64,000 nt of DNA from Azolla caroliniana (Eukaryota; Plantae; Polypodiophyta): the NCBI GenBank assembly GCA_043228905.1, contig JBHGNT010000022.1:11842001-11906000 (forward strand), read 5' to 3'. Of this stretch, positions 48,685 to 60,390 are shown piece after piece. The notes under the pieces are model-generated. The model was not told the DNA's origin and did not search any database. It saw only the letters and a program-made list of their open reading frames with translations. Position 1 is the stretch's first letter. The number at the start of each line of letters is the position of its first letter. Position numbers and translations under genes: made by a program.

Positions 48685-51638
48685 TCTAAGAATACATCCT
48701 CTTGATTTTTTTGCATGTATGTTTTCGGATTGTCGAGAACCTAGTCTCCCCAACATTGTCTACTAATTATTATTCCATTAGCTTTTTACCATCCTATTTG
48801 ACAACCTAGGGTTTTGACTCTTGAGAATCTAAATTTGCATAAATGTGCGTGTGTATGGACCTAGTGAGATTGAGGTTTTTGGAGTGAGCGGTGCCGTGGT
48901 GTGGTGTGTCCTGTGTGAGAAAAAGTTAGGTTCCACGCGCATCTCACGAAGTGATGTATAAATGAAAATAATAATAACAAAAAATAAAACTTAAAGTAGC
49001 CTAGTGGTCCTAGCCATTTTTGAATAATCATGAAACAATTTCTATGTGAAAAACCACCAAAATCGTGGCATCTAACCTAATTGTTGTACAAACCATCAAT
49101 TTTGCAACATAACTCTTCTATATTTTTGTCTACATTTTTCCCTAACCTCGTGTGTATTCTCCTTAAGCATTTGCTAATCGTGGTGGTGAATCCCCAACTT
49201 CCTCACCCCTTGTGTCTCCCCGGTCCAAGGCCCCGACGGTCTCGTTCGAGCAACACACGCACGCGAAACTTTGCGACAACGGTGAAGAGGCCAAAATCGA
49301 AGCTACGAGGGCACTCGAACAAGCCTTTATTCCACGAAAGGAGGTCGAGTTAGAATTCTTTACCATTGAATTCTTCCTTGCTATTAGGCAATCAAAAAGA
49401 GGCTATAATGTTTTGGATTGGTTTTAAGTGTGATTGTGTTTCCACTCAAGTGGAAACCACAAATAAAAGGCATATAAGCAAAAGATAGGGGCTGCTAGTG
49501 TAATTTCAGCGCTACTTTTTGTTTACTTATTCTTTATATGTGAAGGCCAAGGGTGTTGGAGTCTAACTAATTACTTAAGCAAAGCATAAAGAATTATATA
49601 CCAAAGAAAGGAAACAAGGGTGCCAAACCACTCAAGCATCCCCTAGCCAACGGCGTGAGGCGGAACGAAAATTTCATCTCCTTAATCCTTATCAACATTC
49701 CTTTTAAACCACTCCAAGTAACGGAGTAGAGAATTATCTCACATGTACCTAGATTGCCCTTTCATTACTTGAAACTAATGTTCCCTTCCGTCATTCATTA
49801 ACAATTGTTTTCAATTATTGACTATCTTACTCGCAATCAAACATGGATCACTACCCATTTTTTTGCTCTAAAATCTGAGCTTGGAGCGCAATTTAAAACA
49901 AATCTGGAGCAATTTCATCAAACAACTAAATCTGGATTACTATGCTAAGAAATTCATTGCATGGACATGAAGATTCCACCTCAAGAAAGACAGCAAGATT
50001 TTCGGAGCTTGATTCTGACCTCCAAGCAGAAAGTTGCAAGATCATATGTTAATTTTAGATAGTGGGAGTTGAACATGCTACATCGACCGAACATCCATCA
50101 ACTTGAGGACATCCGAAGGGGGGAGGTTATAAACATAAATCTCGGGAATTTCAACGCCCCTCAAGGAGGGAGGAGATAAATTTAAATTTTCAAAAACTTG
50201 AATCCCGTGAAGGAGGGAGGGCTACGTCTAAACTCTACCCATGACCACTGTTGAGTAAAGTTTTTAATCGCTACCACGAATTTTCCTAGTTCTAATTAAC
50301 CTAACCAGATTTTAAAAGTTTTAATTGGCCATTTTTCTACTAGTGTTCATGTCATCCGAAACTTCTTGAATTTTTTTAAATATCATCACATACCAAATCG
50401 TAAGGCATAAACATTAGTAAAAAAAAGTCACAATCGGTAACTAAGTATGAAAATATTGAGAACATTGGTAACTAAGTAGACCATTGAGAAAGAATTACTA
50501 TACAATATTGAAACATCACATTCCATATTGAAACAAAAATACTTGATGGAACATTACATATCATAACATCAAATGCCATATTGAAACATCACATACCAAA
50601 ATCATAGAACATTTATATCTAATTCTCTTAGCAAGAAAGAGTAACAAGTCATTCATGGCATGGGGAAATTCCAAACATATTCGAGCAAATTTACAAAATT
50701 TTGATCTATATCTTCTATGAAGTTCTCAATGTCATCATCACCCTAAGAAGTTCTTGCCAAAATATGACGATATGCCTTGCTTCGCCGCAACAAAATTTAG
50801 GCACCGAAGTCATGTTCTTCTAGATCAAGTCCTTCAATAGATATTCCTATCAATGCATCTACCACGTTTATTTTTACGAAATCCATGCTTTATTAGATGT
50901 AGGCAACTAAATCCTCTTTCACTTGTTATCATAGAAGACCATGTAATCGAACGGAACCTAAACGATTTCTCTTTTTCCATGTGGGTGTGCAGATACGAGT
51001 TGCTCACATGAGACAACACACAAAACGAGATGAAATATGATATAAGAAATTATAGACATGGCATGTATTGTTTAATTTCTATAAGTGTGTAAGGCCTTTC
51101 AAAATATTATTAAACAAGGAAAATTTATACATGCGTTGTATATAAAAGTGGCAAGATTATATAGATATATATCTATACATACTGGCATACATGTGCTTGT
51201 TTAGGGATTCGTCTTTTAATTATTCATGAAATACTTTGTAACATGGTTTCATATGATACTTTCTAATGGAGAATCATGTTTCAAAAATCATTAAGCACTT
51301 TAAAGTTGTTAACTTCTCAAATTTGTATGTTTACGATTGTGGGAAATGGGCCAAATACATAAGACATGAGGTATGCAAATATACAACGTGCAAGTGGAAA
51401 TATGTGCATATTATGGAGGCATTTCCAAGCACCAGACTTGAAAGCTACAAAGACGTGTGGAACTTTTTGGACATGAGTACCTTATTTGGTATGATTATAA
51501 AAGGACTCTTGAAGTGTGATCTATGCATAACTCAATATATATCTCAAAACCACCAACACACAACCATATCATCAAACCTCTCACCATATACATATCAATA
51601 ATATAGCCATTTGACATCAACCTTACGGTAGATACTCA

Positions 51639-53093
51639 ATGGTGATCCTCAATGGGAATAATAATCTTGCGAATCTCGAGTCCGTGAGGCCGGGCTCCGT
51701 GATGTCACTACAAGGGTTAAATATAGGCTTTGTGAAACTGGCCTACAAGTGGGCCCAAGATTCCCATTTCACATTATCATCGCGCTCGATGCATACCTCC
51801 TCTCGAATCAACTCTCGGCCATGCCCACACCGAGCTACAAGCCTAAATTTGTTGCCATTGCGGTGCTCAATGGGGGCAGCCTCTGAATTGCACCCAGACC
51901 ATGCCCATGTGAGTGTGGAGCACGATACTTGGACACAAGTTTCCAGTTTCACATCGCCGTGTATCAAGTTCTCGCAAACCGAATGTGACTCACGGATCCC
52001 AACTTGTGGTTCCGGTTTCATCTTGCCACCAATCCGATGCTCGTTCCCCACCAAATTGCACCCGCAATACGAGACTATAAGGATGGTGTGCGAGCCATGG
52101 ATCCTTAACTTGGCTCGCCCCGGTTCCGAGCAGCTCATCCTCGATTGTCTCATCCCCCGCTATGTGTGCCGCCTTTTCCCGGAAGCAACCGACCTCCGAG
52201 ATCTTGAAACCATCACCAATTTCATTGCTTGGTTGTTCTTGTCGGACGACATAGAAGACACTGGCCCTTTGTTACTCGGTACCGAAGGTCATGGTTTCAT
52301 GGGGTCTCATGATCATGGTCCTCCATCTACCACCAATGTTTGGGCACAATCGGTTCTTTCTAAACTCCGCGACCCACAATCTCCTATCAATGTCGTCCTT
52401 TTCGACAATTCGAGTGACTGCCGTGCCCAGAGCTTAATCATGTTAGATGCATTGGGGGAACTATGGGGGAAGATCTCACCTCGGCTCGTCCCACAAGCGC
52501 GGTCGCGCTTCATATCGGTCATGCAAGATCATCTTCATGCCGTCTGCCTTCAGCCCACAAGCAAACGAGCATTTTGGCGGCACGAGGAGGGAGGCGATAT
52601 GAACAAGAACGTAGAGGAATATAGGGCTATTCGCCGGCATTCCTCGGGCTTCCTTGTCGGTTTCGAGCTAGTCCTCTACGTGTTAGGCCTAGATGAGGAT
52701 CCCATCCATCTCCACCCACTCGTAGAGGAGTTCCGGGACCTCGTCTTAGACTACATATGGATGTGCAACGACATCGTGTCGTGCCACATGGAGGCTTCCC
52801 TCGGTTACAATTTCAACCTTCCGTGGGTCGTGTATGAGAGTGGTGCATTCGGGTCCTTCCAGGACTCGGTGGATGTTGTGGTGGGTATGATGAATAGTGT
52901 GGATGCTCGGTGTGCACAAGTAGTTGATGCCATCCAACGGAATGAGGAGTTGATACGAAAGGAGCCGAAGCTCAATGCTTACTTGGCGACCATGGTGTCG
53001 TGTATGTCCGGCACGCTTTGTTGGTCCTTTGAAACCTATCGTTATGGCCTCAAACACGACAATGAGCATCACAAGCATGCAATATCTTGTTGA
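51639..53093 (+). CDS. MTPSL: MTPSL copy 6, full length, 484 aa
   Basis: Protein appears identical to copy 4. Confidence 0.9.
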   Translation: MVILNGNNNLANLESVRPGSVMSLQGLNIGFVKLAYKWAQDSHFTLSSRSMHTSSRINSRPCPHRATSLNLLPLRCSMGAASELHPDHAHVSVEHDTWTQVSSFTSPCIKFSQTECDSRIPTCGSGFILPPIRCSFPTKLHPQYETIRMVCEPWILNLARPGSEQLILDCLIPRYVCRLFPEATDLRDLETITNFIAWLFLSDDIEDTGPLLLGTEGHGFMGSHDHGPPSTTNVWAQSVLSKLRDPQSPINVVLFDNSSDCRAQSLIMLDALGELWGKISPRLVPQARSRFISVMQDHLHAVCLQPTSKRAFWRHEEGGDMNKNVEEYRAIRRHSSGFLVGFELVLYVLGLDEDPIHLHPLVEEFRDLVLDYIWMCNDIVSCHMEASLGYNFNLPWVVYESGAFGSFQDSVDVVVGMMNSVDARCAQVVDAIQRNEELIRKEPKLNAYLATMVSCMSGTLCWSFETYRYGLKHDNEHHKHAISC

Positions 53094-54908
53094 TCTAAGA
53101 ATACATCCTCTTGATTTTTTTGCATGTATGTTTTCGGATTGTCGAGAACCTAGTCTCCCCAACATTGTCTACTAATTATTATTCCATTAGCTTTTTACCA
53201 TCCTATTTGACAACCTAGGGTTTTGACTCTTGAGAATCTAAATTTGCATAAATGTGCGTGTGTATGGACCTAGTGAGATTGAGGTTTTTGGAGTGAGCGG
53301 TGCCGTGGTGTGGTGTGTCCTGTGTGAGAAAAAGTTAGGTTCCACGCGCATCTCACGAAGTGATGTATAAATGAAAATAATAATAACAAAAAATAAAACT
53401 TAAAGTAGCCTAGTGGTCCTAGCCATTTTTGAATAATCATGAAACAATTTCTATGTGAAAAACCACCAAAATCGTGGCATCTAACCTAATTGTTGTACAA
53501 ACCATCAATTTTGCAACATAACTCTTCTATATTTTTGTCTACATTTTTCCCTAACCTCGTGTGTATTCTCCTTAAGCATTTGCTAATCGTGGTGGTGAAT
53601 CCCCAACTTCCTCACCCCTTGTGTCTCCCCGGTCCAAGGCCCCGACGGTCTCGTTCGAGCAACACACGCACGCGAAACTTTGCGACAACGGTGAAGAGGC
53701 CAAAATCGAAGCTACGAGGGCACTCGAACAAGCCTTTATTCCACGAAAGGAGGTCGAGTTAGAATTCCTTACCATTGAATTCTTCCTTGCTATTAGGCAA
53801 TCAAAAAGAGGCTATAATGTTTTGGATTGGTTTTAAGTGTGATTGTGTTTCCACTCAAGTGGAAACCACAAATAAAAGGCATATAAGCAAAAGATAGGGG
53901 CTGCTAGTGTAATTTCAACGCTACTTTTTGTTTACTTATTCTTTATATGTGAAGGCCAAGGGTGTTGGAGTCTAACTAATTACTTAAGCAAAGCATAAAG
54001 AATTATATACCAAAGAAAGGAAACAAGGGTGCCAAACCACTCAAGCATCCCCTAGCCAACGGCGTGAGGCGGAACGAAAATTTCATCTCCTTAATCCTTA
54101 TCAACATTCCTTTTAAACCACTCCAAGTAACGGAGTAGAGAATTATCTCACATGTACCTAGATTGCCCTTTCATTACTTGAAACTAATGTTCCCTTCCGT
54201 CATTCATTAACAATTGTTTTCAATTATTGACTATCTTACTCGCAATCAAACATGGATCACTACCCATTTTTTTGCTCTAAAATCTGAGCTTGGAGCGCAA
54301 TTTAAAACAAATCTGGAGCAATTTCATCAAACAACTGAATCTGGATTACTATGCTAAGAAATTCATTGCATGGACATGAAGATTCCACCTCAAGAAAGAC
54401 AGCAAGATTTTCGGAGCTTGATTCTGACCTCCAAGCAGAAAGTTGCAAGATCATATGTTAATTTTAGATAGTGGGAGTTGAACATGCTACATCGACCGAA
54501 CATCCATCAACTTGAGGACATCCGAAGGGGGGAGGTTATAAACATAAATCTCGGGAATTTCAACGCCCCTCAAGGAGGGAGGAGATAAATTTAAATTTTC
54601 AAAAACTTGAATCCCGTGAAGGAGGGAGGGCTACGTCTAAACTCTACCCATGACCACTGTTGAGTAAAGTTTTTAATCGCTACCACGAATTTTCCTAGTT
54701 CTAATTAACCTAACCAGATTTTAAAAGTTTTAATTGGCCATTTTTCTACTAGTGTTCATGTCATCCGAAACTTCTTGAATTTTTTTAAATATCATCACAT
54801 ACCAAATCGTAAGGCATAAACATTAGTAAAAAAAAGTCACAATCGGTAACTAAGTATGAAAATATTGAGAACATTGGTAACTAAGTAGACCATTGAGAAA
54901 GAATTACT

Positions 54909-56147
54909 TCGAGCTTATGTAGCAAAAACCCCTTCTAAGTGGGAGCAATACCTTCCTATCTTAGAATTTGCCTATAATAGCTCTAAACATACATCCACTG
55001 GATATAGTCCTTTTATGTTGATGTATGGTTTTCAGCCACGTGCCCCAGTTAATGTCACGATTCATCGTGATACATTAGACAGTACACGCAATTTTTTGCA
55101 AGACATGAACCAAATGTTGCATATTGCCAAAGAAAATGTCAAGACAGCTCAAGATCGTGCTCGATTTTATGCTGATCAGGATAGACGTCCTCGTGCATTT
55201 ACTATTGGTCAAAAAGTTTTTTTGCGTGTCCCGACTGATTCTACGTCATTATCTACGGGCAAGTGCGCTAAGTTAGCCCCACGATGTTGTGGCCCATTTG
55301 AAATCCTTAAGCGAGTTGGGTCATCTGCTTATCACCTTGCCTTACCTCGTAACGTTGGTATTCATCCTGTTTTTCACGTCAGTCGTCTAAAACCATTTTT
55401 AGGCTCTGGTGATAACACCATCACAATCCAAGATCTTGTAACATTAGAGGATTTTTCTTACAAACCTCATGTTCCTGAACGAATTCTTGATTCTCGTACT
55501 AAACGTTTACGTTCTAAAGAGATTCGGCTATTCAAGATCAAATGGATGGATAAACCTATTGATGATGCCACATGGGAACGCGAGCATTCGCTTAAGGCAC
55601 AATTTCCTCACTTTATATTGCAAGAGTGCAATCTTTTGAAGTAGGGGAGTATGTTATGTACACATAACGTTGGTCAGGGTAGGTCACTAATATTTACATT
55701 AGTGAAGGGTATGTTCACTATTATTAAAAAGGGGACTAATGATTGGATAGAATGAATGATATGTGCATGCACTATCATGATTTAGACAACCAATGAATAG
55801 AGAGCCTTTTAGAAAGGCACATCTATTCAAGGGGCCTAGGAAAAGGTATAAATATGAGGCTTAGCTACCCTCATAGAGATCATCACGTCGGAAGGCTGCT
55901 GTCGTAGACACCGGTGGTGCGGGCTAGGCTTTCGTCTCGACGATCGTGTTTATCTCTTCCAAGGTATTAGTCATCCTAATATCCGGCGGTATGGGACGTC
56001 GGTGGTAGGTTGGCTATGTCTAGATCATAGCTCGGGGGTGGTCGGGTGGAACGGGTTCTTCTATCCAATCTATTTTCTTCCTTTTTACTTGATTTGGTCT
56101 ATTGATTAGTGATAGACTCTTAACAGGTGCATTCTGTTACTGATACA
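54909..56147 (+). mobile_element. 3' fragment of a second Ty3/gypsy chromovirus (integrase C-terminus, chromodomain, PPT, 3' LTR)
   Basis: KWEQYLPILEFAYNSS...YSPFMLMYG, GPF motif, IHPVFHVSRLK, chromodomain PERILDSR...FKIKW...DATWE; PPT gaagtaggggagta; LTR ~55652-56147 (TGTTA...TACA). Confidence 0.88.
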
Positions 56148-57435
56148 TGTTTAGGGTTTATATGATTATGGATATGTATAGATCTCAACACTAGAGCCGT
56201 TACTGATTACTCTCTCTCCAATTATTTAAAAGACTCCAGAGTCCATACCCTTTTTTTGTATAGCCTTTAATTCCAATCAATGTGTGACTTTCTTGTATAA
56301 CACGTGCCAATGAATGTATGTACCATCAAACCATGTCATCTAGTATTCACCAAGTATATGAATCTTCCCACTTTATATAATTGGAATCTCATTCCACACC
56401 TATATATTAATTAATGCCATAATTGTATATTGTAATGTTTGATGTCATATTTCCTGTGGGTGTGAGTGCATTGGTTGTCGTATGCGAGCAACTCGTATTT
56501 AGCATACACCCACATTTGAAAAACGAGACATAATGCCTATTGAAACTCATATATGATTAATGATCATAGATGTGATGCCATATTCGTGGGCCATGGCTAT
56601 GGAGTCCTCTTTTCATTATAGATATCCCATGTGAAAAGACCAATATCTCATGTTGTGCCACCAAATTGATGGAGAAGCTACTAATGTCAAATAAATAAAT
56701 AGATAAAAGTATGCTCAACGTAAACCATTCACACCCATCCGCGATGTGAATTAATATGTTACTTGAAAATAAATCTGAGAGAGGTGGTGCACATTTTGAA
56801 CCTTCACAATGATGGAGAAACATGAAATCGCATGATCAAGTATAAAAAATTACTATACAATATTGAAACATCACATTCCATATTGAAACAAAAATACTTG
56901 ATGGAACATTACAAGGAAAAATTATACATGTGTTGTATATAAAAGTGGCAAGATTATATAGATATATATCTATACATACTGGCATACATGTGCTTGTTTA
57001 GGGATTCGTCTTTTAATTATTCATGAAATACTTTGTAACATGTTTTCATATGATACTTTCTAATGGAGAATCATGTTTCAAAAATCATTAAGCACTTTAA
57101 AGTTGTTAACTTCTCAAATTTGTATGTTTACGATTGTGGGAAATGGGCCAAATACATAAGACATGAGGTATGCAAATATACAACGTGCAAGTGGAAATAT
57201 GTGCATATTATGGAGGCATTTCCAAGCACCAGACTTGAAAGCTACAAAGACGTGTGGAACTTTTTGGACATGAGTACCTTATTTGGTATGATTATAAAAG
57301 GACTCTTGAAGTGTGATCTATGCATAACTCAATATATATCTCAAAACCACCAACACACAACCATATCATCAAACCTCTCACCATATACATATCAATAATA
57401 TAGCCATTTGACATCAACCTTACGGTAGATACTCA

Positions 57436-58890
57436 ATGGTGATCCTCAATGGGAATAATAATCTTGCGAATCTCGAGTCCGTGAGGCCGGGCTCCGTGAT
57501 GTCACTACAAGGGTTAAATATAGGCTTTGTGAAACTGGCCTCCAAGTGGGCCCAAGATTCCCATTTCACATTATCATCGCGCTCGATGCATACCTCCTCT
57601 CGAATCAACTCTCGGCCATGCCCACACCGAGCTACAAGCCTAAATTTGTTGCCATTGCGGTGCTCAATGGGGGCAGCCTCTGAATTGCACCCAGACCATG
57701 CCCATGTGAGTGTGGAGCACGATACTTGGACACAAGTTTCCAGTTTCACATCGCCGTGTATCAAGTTCTCGCAAACCGAATGTGACTCACGGATCCCAAC
57801 TTGTGGTTCCGGTTTCATCTTGCCACCAATCCGATGCTCGTTCCCCACCAAATTGCACCCGCAATGCGAGACTATAAGGATGGTGTGCGAGCCATGGATC
57901 CTTAACTTGGCTCGCCCCGGTTCCGAGCAGCTCATCCTCGATTGTCTCATCCCCCGCTATGTGTGCCGCCTTTTCCCGGAAGCAACCGACCTCCGAGATC
58001 TTGAAACCATCACCAATTTCATTGCTTGGTTGTTCTTGTCAGACGACATAGAAGACACTGGCCCTTTGTTACTCGGTACCGAAGGTCATGGTTTCATGGG
58101 GTCTCATGATCATGGTCCTCCATCTACCACCAATGTTTGGGCACAATCGGTTCTTTCTAAACTCCGCGACCCACAATCTCCTATCAATGTCGTCCTTTTC
58201 GACAATTCGAGTGACTGCCCTGCCTAGAGCTTAATCATGTTAGATGCATTGGGGGAACTATGGGGGAAGATGTCATCTCGGCTCGTCCCACAAGCGCAGT
58301 CGCGCTTCATTTCGGTCATGCAAGATCATCTTCATGCCGTCTGCCTTCAGCCCACAAGCAAACGAGCATTTTGGCAACACGAGGAGGGAGGCGATATGAA
58401 CAAGAACGTAGAGGAATATAGGGCTATTCGCCGGCATTCCTCGGGCTTCCTTGTCGGTTTCGAGCTAGTCCTCTACGTGTTAGGCCTAGATGAGGATCCC
58501 ATCCATCTCCACCCACTCGTAGAGGAGTTCCGGGACCTCGTCTTAGACTACATATGGATGTGCAACGACATCGTGTCGTGCCACATGGAGGCTTCCCTCG
58601 GTTACAATTTCAACCTTCCGTGGGTCGTGTATGAGAGTGGTGCATTCGGGTCCTTCCAGGACTCGGTGGAAGTTGTGGTGGGTATGATGAATAGTGTGGA
58701 TGCTCGGTGTGCACAAGTAGTTGATGCCATCCAACGGAATGAGGAGTTGATACGAAAGGAGCCGAAGCTCAATGCTTACTTGGCGACCATGGCGTCGTGG
58801 ATGTCCGGCACGCTTTGTTGGTCCTTTGAAACCTATCGTTATGGCCTCAAACACGACAATGAGCATCACAAGCATACAATATCTTGTTGA
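57436..58890 (+). pseudogene. MTPSL: MTPSL copy 7: full length, with a single in-frame nonsense mutation
   Basis: Same 1455-bp span as intact copies; CAG>TAG at 58225-58227 separates DDxxD from the NSE and RY motifs. Confidence 0.9.
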
Positions 58891-60034
58891 TCTACGAATA
58901 CATCATCTTGATTTTTTTGCATGTATGTTTTTGGATTGTCGAGAACCTAGTCTCCCCAACATTGTCTACTAATTATTATTCCATTAGCTTTTTACCATCC
59001 TATTTGACAACCTAGGGTTTTGACTCTTGAGAATCTAAATTTGCATAAATGTGCGTGTGTATGGACCTAGTGAGATTGAGGTTTTTGGAGTGAGCGGTGC
59101 CGTGGTGTGGTGTCTTGTGTGAGAAAAAGTTAGGTTCCACGCGCAGCTCGTGAAGTGATGTATAAATGAAGTTAATAATAACAAAAAATAAAACTTAAAG
59201 TAGCCTAGTGGTCCTAGCCATTTTTGAATAATCATGAAACAATTTCTATGTAAAAAACCACCAAAATCGTGGTATCTAACCTAATTGTTGTACAAACCAT
59301 CAATTTTGCAACATTTTTCCCTAACCTTGTGTGTATTCTCCTTAAGCATTTGCTAATCGTGGTGGTGAATCCCCAACTTCCTCACCCCTTGTGTCTCCCC
59401 GGTCCAAGGCCCCGACGGTCTCGTTCGAGCAACACATGCACGCGAAACTTTGCGACAACGGTGAAGAGGCCAAAATCGAAGCTACGAGGGCACTGAAACA
59501 AGCCTTTATTCCACGAAAGGAGGTCGAGTTAGAATTCCTTACCATTGAATTCTTCCTTGCTATTAGGCAATCAAAAAGAGGCTCTAATGTTTTGGATTGG
59601 TTTTAAGTGTGATTGTGTTTCCACTCAAGTGGAAACCACAAATAAAAGACATATAAGCAAAAGATAGGGGCTGCTAGTGTAATTTCAGCGCTACTTTTTG
59701 TTTACTTATTCTTTATATGTGAATGCCAAGGGTGTTGGAGTCTAACTAATTACTTAAGCAAAACATAAAGAATTATATACCAAAGAAAGGAAACAAGGGT
59801 GCCAAACCACTCAAGCATCCCCTAGCCAACGGCGTGAGACGGAACGAAAATTTCATCTCCTTAATCCTTACCAACATTCCTTTTAAACCACTCCAAGTAA
59901 CGGAGTAGAGAATTATCTCACATGTATCTGAATTGCCCTTTCATTACTTGAAACTAATTCTCCTTTCCGCCATTCATTAACAATTGTTTTCAATTATTGA
60001 CTATCTTACTCGCAATCAAACATGGATCACTTAA

Positions 60035-60353
60035 AGTTAGGTGGTGTGGTGTGTGTGAGAAAAAGTTAGGTTCCACGCACATCTCATGAAGTGATGTATA
60101 AATGAAAATAATAATAACAAAAAATAAAACTTAAAGTAGCCTAGTGGTCCTAGCCATTTTTGAATAATCATGAAACAATTTCTATGTAAAAAACCACCAA
60201 AATCGTAGTATCTAACCTAATTGTTGTACAAACCATCAATTTTGCAACATAACTCTTCTATATTTTTGTCTACATTTTTCCCTAACCTCATGTGTATTCT
60301 CCTTAAGCATTTGCTAATCGTGGTGGTGAATCCCCAACTTCCTCACCCCTTGT
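60035..60353 (+). repeat. Extra partial copy of the MTPSL 3' flank, joined directly to the VAD1-like intron
   Basis: Matches ~40078-40395, including the ataactcttctatatttttgtctac segment that is missing at 1350 and 59312. Confidence 0.85.
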
Positions 60354-60390
60354 ATCCTGCTAACATGACAATAACATTTCCTGGTTGCAG

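Larger units (their letters stand above)
38592..54908 (+). repeat. Near-perfect tandem array, unit 4409 bp, ~3.7 units, one MTPSL per unit
   Basis: Stops at 39866, 44275, 48684 and 53093 and starts at 42821, 47230 and 51639 are all spaced 4409 bp; only a handful of SNPs were seen; the array breaks abruptly after gaattact at 54908. Confidence 0.97.

Noticed and set aside
38574-58890. Bacterial or fungal contamination explaining the intronless terpene synthases
   Set aside because: The genes are interleaved with plant retroelements, MITEs and a spliced plant gene, with long AT-rich spacers and no operon structure.
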